DNA from: Somniosus microcephalus
Taxonomy: Eukaryota
Reading direction: 5' to 3'
Length of the DNA stretch: 64,000 nucleotides
Assembly: GCA_052327205.1 (NCBI GenBank)
Contig: CM126204.1
Span: 105,772,001-105,836,000, forward strand
The translations under genes were made by a program, and so were the position numbers. The notes below the pieces were generated by a model. It made no database searches, had not been told where the DNA came from, and saw nothing but the letters and a program-made list of their open reading frames with translations. How positions within the stretch are numbered: position 1 is the first letter of the stretch; every line of letters starts with the position of its first letter. Below, in pieces: positions 9,957 through 22,593 of the stretch.

Positions 9957-12900
9957 ATAGAAACATAGAAACATAGATGATAGTAGCAGGAGTAGGCCAT
10001 TCAGCCCCTCGAGCCTGCTCCGCCATTCAATGAGATCATGGCTGATCATCCAAACTCAGTACCCTGTCCCTGCCTTCTCCCCATATTCCTTGATCCCTTT
10101 AGCCTAAAGAAATATATCTAACTCCTTCTTGAATATATTTAATGAATTGGCCTCAACTGCCTTCTGTGGTAGAGAATTCCACAGGTTCACCACTCTGGGT
10201 GAAGAAATTCCTCCTCATCTCTGTCCTAAATGGCTTACCCCTTATCCTTAGACTGTGACCCCTGGTTCTGGACTCCCCTGCCATCGGGAACATCCTTCCT
10301 GCATCAAGTCTGTCTAGTCCTGTTAGAATATTATAAGTTTCAATGAGATCCCCTCTCATTCTTCTAAACTCCAGCGAGTATAAGCCCAATCGACCCAACC
10401 TCTCCTCATACGTCATTCCTGCCATCCCAGGTATCAGTCTGGTGAATCTTTGCTGCACTCCCTCCATGGCAAGAACATCATTCCTCAGATAAGGCGACCA
10501 AAACTGCACACAATACTCAAGGTGTGGTCTCACCAAGGCCCTGTACAACTGCAGCAAGACATCCTTGTTCCTGTACTCGAACCCTCTCGCTACAAAGGCC
10601 AACATACCATTTGCTTTCTTAACTGCCTGCTGCACCTGCATGCTTACCTTCAGCGACTGGTGCACAAGGACACCCAGGTCTCGTTGCACTTCCCCTTCTC
10701 CCAATCTATTGCCGTTCAGATAATAATCTGCCTTCCTGTTTTTGCCACCAAAGTGGATAACCTTGCATTTGCCCAATCACCCAACCTGTCCAAATCATAC
10801 TGGAGTTTCTCGGCATCCTCCTCACAGCACACACGCCCACCCAGCTTTGTGTCATCTGCAAACTTGGAGATATTACATCTAGTTCCCTCATCTAGATCAT
10901 TAATATATATTGTGAATGGCTGGGGTCCTAGGACCAATCCCTGCGGTACCCCACTATTCACTGCCTGCCACTCGGAAAAAGACCCGTTTATTCCAACTCT
11001 TTGCTTCCTGTCTGCCAACCAGTTCTCTATCCAAGTTGTAAGGGGGGTTATCTTACACCCAGGTAGTCCTGGGTACCTCAGGCTGATGTACAGTCCCTGA
11101 GGAGTTTGGGGCTTTTGACTGTTTATAGCAAATCACAGTCCTCAGAGAATTTCTCTGAGTAAGTGCTTCTTGGTTGTTTATACCAGATACAACCCCAGGC
11201 AGAGTTTCAGCCTGTCCCACTTAATCTAACTGCTCATTCCCAATTGCAGCTCATCCCCGAAATTACTGGCGTGAGGTTTTGAATCCCACTTCCCCCACTA
11301 CTGTTCTACAACGCTTGTGACAGATTCAAATTGCAGTAACCAGAAGCAGACACCGGATAAAAGATACAACTCACTTTATTTGGACACGTGAAACACAAGC
11401 AAGGCAATAATCTCAGTACCGAACTCCACACAGCACTTCCCACTGAAAGTTCCTTGATGTCTTTAAACCTGAACAAGTTCTTAAAACAGCACCTTAAACA
11501 TAGAACTTTAAACTTAACCAATCGTTCTGGGAAGGGAAAACATAGGGTGAAACCGAACTAAAATGACCTTAAACCCTATTCCTATTACCACAAGCCTCCC
11601 ATCCTCCTATCACTAAGTGGGGTGATCCTCATTGAGGAAAGCTCATACTCACAGTCCCCTTTCGTACGGTTTTGAAAACGCTTTCGGTCCGGAACAGCGC
11701 GCTTTCCCCCCCCCCCTCGCTCTCCGGTCTCTGGTTCCGATGCCTCCGTGGTCCGCGGGCTTCTTCTTCCTTCCTTCTCGTCGGGCGTTCCTTCGACTCT
11801 GCCTCCACACGCACATGCTGTCTGTGAGATTCTCACCCCAGTTATACTGTATCTGGGCTTGAGGGTCCTTTGTCTTTAGATACCAATAATGGTCCGGTGA
11901 TGGCTGTCCCTTTGTGTCCGGTCCGGTGCTCAAAGTGTGAGTAGGTGCGAAGTGTAGACTAGATTGTCCGTTAATCCTTTTCCTTTGTCTTGTTTGGCTT
12001 TGGAAGCTCCTGGCTCTGACCAGTCTGTTCCCTCTTTGTGAGGTTTGTTTTGGGTTGAGCTCTTGCCCTGTAGAGGTGTTGCATCTGGTGTTTTGGGTTG
12101 GGGTGACCAGGGCCTTTAGATGCTAATGGCCCCCAGTTCACCCTTCCTTCTGGAATGTTCTGTCGGTTGAGAATGATGTGTTGCCTTTTTAAAGAAAATG
12201 TTTTTCATGGGATCCAAAAATTCCTCCTTTTCCGGGGACCCCTTCCAACTCTGGGTAGAGGTTCTCGTATGGCCTCTCCCCAACTGGGAGACCCCCACCT
12301 TCCCCTCAGCTTAAACTAGAAATTACCACGCACACACATTTCAAAATCACACAGTTTAAACAGGTTTCTGGGGAAATGCCCCCTTCTTAGCTCGGGCAAT
12401 CCGCAGCTTTCTGGGACCCTGCTGTGTCCTTGGGATCCTTGTGACCCTTACAAAGTCAGTACCTTGCCCCCAATCCCATGTGCCTTAACTTTACACGCTA
12501 ATCTCTTATGCGGGACCTTATCGAAAGCCTTCTGAAAGTCCAAATACACCACATCCACTGGTTCTCCCTTATCCTACCAGTTACATCCTCAAAAAATTCC
12601 AGTAGATTAGTCAAGCACAATTTACCTTTTGTAAATCCATGTTGACTTTGTCCGATCCTGTCACAGTTTTCCAAGTGCTCTGCTATGACATCTTTTATAA
12701 TGGACTCTAGCATTTTCCCCACTACCGATGTCAGGCTTACCGGTCTATAATTCCCCGTTTTCTCTCCACCACCTTTTTTGAATAGTGGGGTAACATTAGC
12801 TACCCTCCAATCCATGGGAACTGTTCCAGAATCTATAGAATTTTGGAAGATGACCAGCAATGCATCTACTATTTGTAGGGCCACTTCCTTAAGTACCCTA

Positions 12901-13047
12901 GGATGTAGATTATCAGGCCCTGGGGATTTATCGGCCTTCAATCCCGTCAATTTCCCTAACACCATTTCGCTACAAATACTGATTTCATTCAGTTCCTCCC
13001 TCTCATTAGACCCTATGTTCCCCGACATCTCTGGAGGTTATTTGTCT
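9957..13047 (-). mobile_element. CR1 LINE (5'-truncated ORF2 + 3' tail), split by a solo LTR at 11037-12452
   Basis: RT ORFs 12498-13028, 10716-11018, 10153-10776 (GVPQG, KFADD, YCVQFWSP); (CATAGAAA)n tail at ~9957-9976. Confidence 0.93.
11037..12452 (-). mobile_element. Long (1416 bp) solo LTR, Gypsy or ERV
   Basis: TGTAAGGG...CCCTTACA inverted termini; 4-bp TSD AAGT (11033-11036, 12453-12456); CR1 sequence resumes exactly; AATAAA on minus at 11380-11375. Confidence 0.85.
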
Positions 13048-13225
13048 AATTTGGCTAAGGGGCCTGAAACAGGCATTAGGCCCCTGATTGCCATATATAA
13101 TGGGCCTAAGATCAGTTTCAGGTGCTCGCCTGGACACCTACTGAACAGCCTTAATCAATATGGTGGTGGTGCACATTACCCACCATATTCCCTGTAAAAC
13201 CAGCGCAGTGGCATTGATTTCCAGG
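13048..13225. repeat. Fragment of shark MITE-like repeat (related to 32616-33953)
   Basis: Shares aaacaggc...cccttg..atat..aat..gggcctaa.....gttt wording with 32775-32830. Confidence 0.4.
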
Positions 13226-14039
13226 CCTTTCTATCCTATATCATCTGCAGAAAATAACTTGGTTACATCTCTAATACTGCAAAATACAAACAGAATTGAG
13301 GTAATGTATAGAGCCATATATAACACTGTTTCACACTATTTCCTTCATAAACTAACGAAATGTAAATTGAGAACATGATTTGCTATGTGTTCAACTTTTT
13401 AAACAGAATTGGTTTTGCAGTTCTGAAAAGGTAAATCCAATATTAGTTTTCTTGAATTAATTTTTATGTTTCTTCCAGATTAATCTGTTAAATTCCACAG
13501 TTGCCTGGTAACAACAATGGGAGAGACCTAGAATGCCAATCAGAGAGTTCAACTTTGGTTCTTATTTGCAGCTCAATTCCTAGCTCTTGCACTCCATCTG
13601 AGACATGGTACCGGAGGAGAGAGGGGGAAAAACCAGTACCATAGAAGCACATCGGTTGTTATTGGAACACTGAGGTGATACTGATTAAAAACTGCAGCGT
13701 ACTCTGAATCAAACTCCAGAATGTCCCATCCTCTCAGAAGGAGGATAGCTCACGTGGGAGGAACAGAAACAGTGGAGGACTAATGGGCTCATTAGGATTA
13801 AAATCAACTTAAATTCATAATTTATTGAATCTCTGTACAGAGGTCCCTGCTGTTTCTGAATGTCCTAAATTATTGCTAAATTTCCTTGCTTACCTTTCAG
13901 CATGATGAAAATTTCCCTCATTTTACACATTCCCTCCGACCTCCCTTTCACTCCTCCCTGCCCCATTTTCCTCACTCCCCCATTTCCTCCCTCCCTCCCC
14001 ATTTCTTGCCAGCCTCCCACCCACTTCTCCGCCTCCCTT

Positions 14040-15631
14040 CCCCCTCCTTCATCCCCGCCTCCCTCCCTCACTCCCTCATCCCCGCCTCCTCCCTCACTCC
14101 CTCATCCCCGCCTCCCTCCCTCCCTCATCCCGCCTCCCTCCCTCCCTCATCCCCGCCTCCCTCCCTCCCTCATCCCCGCCTCCCTCCCTCCCTCATCCCC
14201 GCCTCCCTCCCTCCCTCCCTCATCCCCGCCTCCCTCCCTCCCTCCCTCATCCCCGCCTCCCTCCCTCCCTCCCTCATCCCCGCCTCCCTCCCTCCCTCAT
14301 CCCCGCCTCCCTCCCTCCCTCTTCCCCGCCTCCCTCCCGCCCTCTTCCCCGCCTCCCTCCCGCCCTCTTCCCCGCCTCCCTCCCGCCCTCTTCCCCGCCT
14401 CCCTCCCGCCCTCTTCCCCGCCTCCCTCCCGCCCTCTTCCCCGCCTCCCTCCCGCCCTCTTCCCCGCCTCCCTCCCGCCCTCTTCCCCGCCTCCCTCCCG
14501 CCCTCTTCCCCGCCTCCCTCCCGCCCTCTTCCCCGCCTCCCTCCCGCCCTCTTCCCCGCCTCCCTCCCGCCCTCTTCCCCGCCTCCCTCCCGCCCTCTTC
14601 CCCGCCTCCCTCCCGCCCTCTTCCCCGCCTCCCTCCCGCCCTCTTCCCCCGCCTCCCTCCCGCCCTCTTCCCCGCCTCCCTCCCGCCCTCTTCCCCGCCT
14701 CCCTCCCGCCCTCTTCCCCGCCTCCCTCCCGCCCTCTTCCCCGCCTCCCTCCCGCCCTCTTCCCCGCCTCCCTCCCGCCCTCTTCCCCGCCTCCCTCCCG
14801 CCCTCTTCCCCGCCTCCCTCCCGCCCTCTTCCCCGCCTCCCTCCCGCCCTCTTCCCCGCCTCCCTCCCGCCCTCTTCCCCGCCTCCCTCCCGCCCTCTTC
14901 CCCGCCTCCCTCCCGCCCTCTTCCCCGCCTCCCTCCCGCCCTCTTCCCCGCCTCCCTCTCCCGCCCTCTTCCCGCCGCCCTCTTCCCCGCCTCCCTCCCG
15001 CCCTCTTCCCCGCCTCCCTCCCGCCCTCTTCCCCGCCTCCCTCCCGCCCTCTTCCCCGCCTCCCTCCCGCCCTCTTCCCCGCCTCCCTCCCGCCCTCTTC
15101 CCCGCCTCCCTCCCGCCCTCTTCCCCGCCTCCCTCCCGCCCTCTTCCCCGCCTCCCTCCCGCCCTCTTCCCCGCCTCCCTCCCGCCCTCTTCCCCGCCTC
15201 CCTCCCGCCCTCTTCCCCGCCTCCCTCCCGCCCTCTTCCCCGCCTCCCTCCCGCCCTCTTATCCGCCTCCCTCCCGCCCTCTTATCCGCCTCCCTCCCTC
15301 CCTCTTATCCGCCTCCCTCCCTCCCTCTTATCCGCCTCCCTCCCTCCCTCTTCCCCGCCTCCCTCCCTCCCTCTTCCCGCCTCCCTCCCTCCCTCCCTCC
15401 CTCTTCCCTCCCTCCCTCTTCCCCCTGCCTCCCTCTTCCCTCCCTCCCTCTTCCCCCTGCCTCCCTCACACCCTCCCTCCCTCACACCCTCCCTCCCTCT
15501 TCCCCCTCCCTCCCTCTTCCCCCTCCCTCCCTCTTCCCCCTCCCTCCCTCTTCCCCCTCCCTCCCTCTTCCCCCTCCCTCCCTCTTCCCCCTCCCTCCCT
15601 CTTCCCCCTCCCTCCCTCTTCCCCCTCCTTC
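14040..15631. repeat. C-rich minisatellite, dominant 23-bp unit CCCTCTTCCCCGCCTCCCTCCCG, with variant units at both ends
   Basis: Dozens of tandem copies directly visible; abuts the assembly gap. Confidence 0.95.
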
Positions 15632-16131
15632 NNNNNNNNNNNNNNNNNNNNNNNNNNNNNNNNNNNNNNNNNNNNNNNNNNNNNNNNNNNNNNNNNNNNN
15701 NNNNNNNNNNNNNNNNNNNNNNNNNNNNNNNNNNNNNNNNNNNNNNNNNNNNNNNNNNNNNNNNNNNNNNNNNNNNNNNNNNNNNNNNNNNNNNNNNNNN
15801 NNNNNNNNNNNNNNNNNNNNNNNNNNNNNNNNNNNNNNNNNNNNNNNNNNNNNNNNNNNNNNNNNNNNNNNNNNNNNNNNNNNNNNNNNNNNNNNNNNNN
15901 NNNNNNNNNNNNNNNNNNNNNNNNNNNNNNNNNNNNNNNNNNNNNNNNNNNNNNNNNNNNNNNNNNNNNNNNNNNNNNNNNNNNNNNNNNNNNNNNNNNN
16001 NNNNNNNNNNNNNNNNNNNNNNNNNNNNNNNNNNNNNNNNNNNNNNNNNNNNNNNNNNNNNNNNNNNNNNNNNNNNNNNNNNNNNNNNNNNNNNNNNNNN
16101 NNNNNNNNNNNNNNNNNNNNNNNNNNNNNNN
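15632..16131. other. Assembly gap (500 N)
   Basis: Run of N. Confidence 1.
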
Positions 16132-16910
16132 GGAAAAGAGAGAGACAGGAAGACAGATTATCTGAACGGCAATAGATTGGGAAAAGGGGAAGTGCAACGA
16201 GACCTGGGTGTCCTTGTGCACCAGTCGCTGAAGGTAAGCTTGCAGGTGCAGCAGGTGGTAAAGAAGGCAAATGGTATGTTGGCCTTCATAGCGAGAGGAT
16301 GAGAGTACAGGAGCAAAGATGTCTTGCTGCAGTTGTACAGGGCCTTGGTGAGACCACACCTTTGAGTATTGTGTGCAGTTTTGGTCGCCTTATCTGAGGA
16401 AGGATGTTCTTGCCATGGAGACAGTGCAGCGAAGATTCACCAGATTGATACCCGAGATGGCAGGAATGACATGAGGAGAGATTGGGTCGATTAGGCTTAT
16501 ATTCGCTAGAGTTCAGAAGAATGAGAGGGGATCGCATTGAAACTTATAAAATTCTAACAGGACTAGACAGACTAGATGCAGGAAGGATGTTCCCGATGGC
16601 GGGGGTGTCCAGAACCAGGGGTCACAGTCTAAGGATAAGGGGTAAGCCATTTAGGACTGAGATGAGGAGGAATTTCTTCACCCAGAGAGTGGTGAACCTG
16701 TGGCATTCTCTACCAAAAAGCAGTGAGGCCAATTCATTAAATATATTCAAGAAGGAGTTGGATATATTTATTAAGGCTAAAGGGATCAAGGGGTATGGGG
16801 AGAAAGCAAGGACAGGGTACTGATTTTGGATGATCAGCCATGATCTCATTAAATGGCGGAACAGGCTCCAGGGGCCGAATGGCCTACTCCTGCTCCTATC
16901 TTCTATGTTT
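16132..16910 (+). mobile_element. CR1 LINE 3' fragment
   Basis: LGLYSLEFRRMRGD...RNFFTQRVVNLW; tail ctcctatcttctatgttt. Confidence 0.92.
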
Positions 16911-16925
16911 ATATGATGAATGGGA

Positions 16926-17454
16926 GGGGTTAAATTGTCAAAATGCGTGAAACACGTCCATAACCCGCCGCGCACGCGGAAAGGGAGGTGGTCGGTGGGA
17001 GCTGCTGGCTCCACAAGATAAGTGCCTTTTCCAGCACTCCTGGTAGTCCAGGAGGAGCAGGAGTGGTCCCTCCAGCAAGCCTTTGGCTTCCCCTCTGCTG
17101 ATCGCAGCCTCTCTCTCCATCCTCCCAATCGGCGATCTCTCCCCCTCCAGCCATGATGTCCTCTCTTCCCCACTCTGCTGCAATGGACGACCTTCACCCA
17201 CCACCCCCCCCCCCCCGCCCCCCACACCCCATTGCTGGGGACCTCCCAAAGGGTTCCCGGCTGTGGCCTCCTGCTGATGGTTTTCCCTCCCGGCCGCTGG
17301 CCAGGCTGTTAATCTAGCCGGCTGCCAGGTAGGAACGGATCCAAAAAATGATAATGTGGTCCTGCCGTTAAGTTCGGCAGGACCTCCGCGACCCTGGCCT
17401 TGCCGGGTTCTTAAGCCATTTCCACCCTCCCATCTACCTGTAAGTATCACAGCC
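16926..17454. mobile_element. Non-autonomous DNA element/MITE (Harbinger-type termini)
   Basis: GC-rich insert beginning GGGGTTAAATT, as the 53630 element does. Confidence 0.45.
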
Positions 17455-17705
17455 TTTGTTTCTTTTTGACTTTTTTCTTTCCTGAAGTGGACTGAATTGT
17501 CTGTAAGTGCAAATTGTAGCGCGAAAAGGAAAGGAAAATGCGCATTACATCCCACACCGTAGATATATTTATTATTATTATATATTAAATCTTTCCAGTA
17601 GCATATTGGACTGAAACATGTGGTACAGAAAATGTTACTCTAATAACACATGCGTATTTATTTTTTGTTGCTTTGATCAGGTAGTGTTTAGCCATTTGAA
17701 TGATG

Positions 17706-18305
17706 AGAGCAGGGAGGTTGTGCTTGAACTTTATAAAACACTAGTTAGGCCACAGCTAGAGTACTGTGTGCAGTTCTGGTCACCACATTACAGGAAAGAT
17801 GTGATTGCATTAGAGAGGGTACAGAGGAGATTTACGAGGATGTTGCCAGGACTGGAGAATTTTAGCTATGAGGAAAGATTGGATAGGCTGGGTTGTTTTC
17901 TTTGGAACAGAGGCGGCTGAGGGGAAACCTTATTGAGGTGTATAAAATTATGAGGGGCCTAGATAGAGTGGACAGGAAGGACCTATTTCCCTTAGCAGAA
18001 GGGTCAACAACCAGGGGGCATAGATTTAAAGTAATTGGTAGGAAGTTTAGAGGGGATTTGAGGGGAAATTCACCCAGAGGGTGGGTGGGGTTTGGAACTC
18101 AGTGCCTGAAAGGGTGGTAGAAGCAGAAACCCTCACCACATTTAAAAAGTGCTTGCATGTGCACTTGAAGTGCCGTAACCTACAGGGCTACGGACCAAGA
18201 GCTGGAAAGTGGGATTAGGCTGGATTGCTCTTTGTCGGCCAGCGCGGACACGTTGGGCCAAAATGGCCTCCTTCTGTGCTGTAAATTTCTATGATTCTAT
18301 GATGA
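17706..18305 (+). mobile_element. CR1 LINE 3' fragment (second subfamily)
   Basis: LVRPQLEYCVQFWSPHYRKD; (TTCTATGA)n tail. Confidence 0.9.
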
Positions 18306-18829
18306 TGTAGATTACTAGATTGCTTCTTAGCGGTTCTGAAGGGACCGCTCCCGCCGCAACACCCTTGTCCGCTATCACCCCAACAGCCCTTCCCCTTCGC
18401 CCTTCCCGTGCAAGCGCAGGAGATGCAACACATGCCATTATACCTCACCCCTCCCCACTGTCAAGGGCCCCAAACACCCCTTCCAGGCGAAACAGCGATT
18501 TACTTGTACTTCTCGCAATTTAGTATATTGTATTCGCTGCTCACGATGTGGTCTCCTCTATATTGGGGAGACCAAACGCAGATTGGGTGACCGCTTTGCG
18601 GAACACCTCCGTTCAGTCCATAAGCGGGACCCCGAGCTTCCGGTCACCTGTCATTTTAATTCACCGCTCCACTCCCACTCAGACCTCACCGTCCTCGGCC
18701 TCTTGCATTTGTTCCATGGAAGCTCAGCATAAGCTCGAGGAACAGCACCTAATCTTTCGATTAGGCACTTTACAGCCTTCCGGGCTCAACATAGAGTTCA
18801 ACAATTTCAGATCATAACCCCGGCCCATA

Positions 18830-21800
18830 GAAACATAGAAGACAGGAGCAGGAGTAGGCCATTTGGCCCTTCGAGCCTGCTCTGCCACTCAATGAGATCA
18901 TGGCTGATCATCCAAATTCAGTACCCTGTCCCTGCTTTCTCCCCATATCCCCTGATCCCTTTAGCCTTAAGAAATATATCTAACTCCTTCTTGAATATAT
19001 TTAATGAATTGGCCTCTACTGCCTTCTGTGGTAGAGGTTCACCACTCTCTGGGTGAAGAAATTCCTCCTCATCTCTGTCCTACATGGCTTACCCCTTATC
19101 CTTAGATTGTCACCCCTGGTTCTGGACTCCCCGGCCATCGGGAACATCCTTCCTGCATCTAGTCTGTCAAGTCCTGTTAGAATTTTATAAGTTTCAATGA
19201 GATCCCCTCTCATTCGTCTAAACTCCAGCAAGTATAAGCCCAATTCGCCCACTCTCTCCTCATAGGTCATTCCTGCCATCCCAGGTATCAGCCTGGTGAA
19301 TCTTCGCTGCACTCCCTCCATGGCAAGAACATCCTTCCTCAGATAAGGCGACCAAAACTGCACACAATACTCAAGGTATGGTCTCACCAAGGCCCTGTAC
19401 AACTGCAGCAAGACATCCTTGTTCTTGTACTCGAACCCTCTCGCTACGAAGGCCAACATACCATTTGCCTTCTTAACCGCCTGCTGCACCTGCATGCTTA
19501 CCTTCAGCGACTGGTGCACAAGGACACCCAGGTCTCGTTGCACTTCCCCTTCTCCCAATCTATTGCCATTCAGAAAATAATCTGCCCTCCTGTTTTTGAC
19601 ACCAAAGTGGATAACCTCACATTTATCCACGTTATATTGCATCTGCCATATCACCCAACCTGTCCAAATCATACTGGAGTTTCTCGGCATCCTCCTCACA
19701 GCACACACGCCCACCCAGCTTTGTGTTGTCTGCAAACTTGCAGATATTACATCTAGTTCCCTCGTCTAGATCATTAATATATATTGTGAATAGCTGGGGT
19801 CCAAGGACCGATCCCTGCGGTACCCCACTAGTCACTGCCTGCCACTCGGAAAAAGACCTGTTTATTCCAACTCTTTGCTTTCTGTCTGCCAACCAGTTCG
19901 CTATCCAAGTCAATACCTTGCCCCCAATCCCATGTGCCTTAACTTTACACGCTAATCTCTTATGCGGGACCTTATCGAAAGCCTTCTGAAAGTCCAAATA
20001 CACCACATCAACTGGTTCTCCCTTATCTATTTTACCAATTACATCCTCAAAAAAATCCAGTAGATTAGTCAAGCACGATTTACCTTTTGTAAATCCATGT
20101 TGACTTTGTCTGATCCTGTCACTGCTTTCCAAGTGCTCTGCTATTACATCTTTTATAATGGACTCTAGCATTTTCCCCACTACCGATGTCAGGCTTACCA
20201 GTCTATAATTCCCCGTTTTCTCTCTACCACCTTTTTTGAATAGTGGGGTAACTTTAGCTACCCTCCAATCCATGGGTACTGTTCCAGAGTCTATCGAATT
20301 TAGAAGATGACCAGCAATGCATCTACTATTTCTAGGGCCACTTCCTTAAGTACCCTAGGATGTAGATTATCAGGCCCTAGGGATTTATCGGCCTTCAATC
20401 CCGTCAATTTCCCCAACACCATTTCCCTACAAATACTGATTTCTTTCAGTTCCTTCCTCTCATTAGACCCCATGTTCCCCGACATCTCTGGGAGGTTATT
20501 TGTGTCCTCCTTTCTGAAGACAGAACCAAAGTATGTATTTACTTGGTCAGCCATTTCTTTGTTCCCCATTATAAATTCCCCTGATTCTGACTGTGATGCG
20601 CTATCAATTACTCATAAAAGACGGAGTTAGGAGAGTAACTAAAAGGCTTTTATTAGCAAAGAACAGAGCATGCCTCTCGTGGTTGACTGGGTTCCAAGAA
20701 AGCAGGGGGCTGCATAGCAGTCACCTTTATACCTGGGCCTGTGGGTGGAACCAGGGGCGGAGCCAGCAGAGGCATGCTGAGGCATGCATAGATACAACAG
20801 TGTGCAACAACAACAACGGTGAACAACAATAACAGTGGTTTACCACAGACTGCAAGGGACCTACGCTTGACTTCACCAATCTTTTTCTCTTCACATAGCT
20901 ATAAAAGCTTTTACAGTCAGTTTTTATGTTCCCTGAAGCTTACTCTCATACTCTATTTTCCCCTTCTTAATTAATCCCTTTGTCCTCCTTTGGTAAATCC
21001 TAAACAGCTCCCAATCCTCAGGTTTACTGCTTTTTCTGGCCAATTTATATGTCCTCTCCTTGGATCTTATGCTATCCCAATTTCCCTTGTTAGCCACGGT
21101 TGAATCACCTTTTTTGTTTTATTTTTATGCCATCCATTCTGTAGTTCATCCATGCGATCTTTGAATGTTTGCCATAACCTATCCACCATCAACACTGAGT
21201 GACATTCCCCATATCAATCCTACCCAACTCGCGCCTCATACCATCGCAGTTTCCTTTATTTAAATTCAGGACCCCAGTCTCTGAGTCAACGACTTCACTC
21301 TCCATCTTAATGAAGAATTCTATCATATTATGATCGCTCCGACCCAAGGGCCTCGCACAAGATTGCTAATTAATCCTCTCTCATGTACATAATACCCAGT
21401 CTAAGATGGCCTGATCTCTAGTTGGTTCCTCGACATATTGGTCCAGGAAACCATCCCGTATACACTCCAGGAATTCCTCCTCCACAGTATTGTTACTAAT
21501 TTGGTTAACCTAATCTATATGTAGATTAAAGTCACCCATGATAACTGCTGTGCCCTTATTGCACGCTTCTCTAATTTCCCTTTTAATGCCATCCCCAACC
21601 TCCGCATTACTGTTTGGAGGTCTATATACCACTCCCACTAACGTTTTCTGCCCATGGTATTTCTCAGTTCTACCCATAGATTCCACATCATCAGAGCTAA
21701 TATCCTTCCTTACAATTGTGTTAATCCTCTCTTTAACCAGCAATGCTACCCACCTCCTTTTCCTTTTTGCCTATCTTTCCTGAATATTGAATACCCCTGG

Positions 21801-22593
21801 ATGTTGAGTTCCCAGCCTTGGCCACCCTGGAGCCATGTTTCCGTAATCCCAATCATATCATATCCGTTTTACCTCTATTTGCGCAGCTAATTCATCCACC
21901 TTATTACGAATGCTCCTCGCATTAAGACACAAAGCCTTCAGGCTTGTTTTTTTAACGCTCTTAGACCTTTTAGAATTATTATTTACTGTGGCCATGTTTG
22001 ATTTAAACCGTTGATTTCTCTGACTGCCACCTTGTTTTTCTCCTTCCTGTCTTTTGCTTCTATCCTCGTTTCCCTTTCCTCTGTCTCCTGCTCAGGTTCC
22101 CAACCCCCTGCCATTTTAGTTTAAACCCTTCCCCCAGAGCACTAGCAAACACTCCCCCTAGGACATCGGTCCCGGTCCTGCCCAGGTGCAAACCGTCCGG
22201 TTTGTACTGGTCCCACCTCCCCCAGAACCAGTTCCAATGTCCCAGGAATTTGAATCCCTCCCCCTTGCACCATTGCTCTAGCCACGTATTCATCTGAATT
22301 ATCCTTCTATTTCTACTCTGACTAGCACGTGGCACTGGTAGCAATCCTGAGATTACTACTTTGAGGTCCTATTTTTTAAATTTACCTCCTAACTCCCTAT
22401 ATTCAGCTTTTAGGACCTCATCCCATTTTCTATCTATATCGTTTGGTACCTATATGCAACCACGACAACTGGCTGTTCACCCTCCCATTCCAAAATGTTC
22501 TGCTGCCGCTCCGAGACATCCTTGACCCTTGCACCAAGGAGGCAACACACCATCCTGGAGTCTCGTTTGCGGCCGCAGAAACGCCTATCTATT
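18830..22593 (-). mobile_element. Long CR1 LINE: ORF1 esterase (SGNH-like) C-terminus, APE endonuclease and RT, degenerate
   Basis: DGLHL esterase motif (22060-22344), GVVYRPP/MGDFN endonuclease (21510-21743), RT ORFs 19016-20569, CATAGAAA tail. Confidence 0.93.
20594..20847 (-). mobile_element. Solo LTR (254 bp) related to the element 3 LTR, inserted in CR1
   Basis: Minus-strand TGTGGTAA...GCGCATCA termini; 5-bp TSD GACTG (20589-20593, 20848-20852); same layout as 9667-9908. Confidence 0.88.

Noticed and set aside
14040-15631. Regular short repeats as a CRISPR-like array
   Set aside because: No unique spacers; eukaryotic tandem repeat
13886-16359. Long Pro/Ser-rich ORFs (757-759 aa)
   Set aside because: Artefacts of a stop-free C-rich minisatellite plus the N gap
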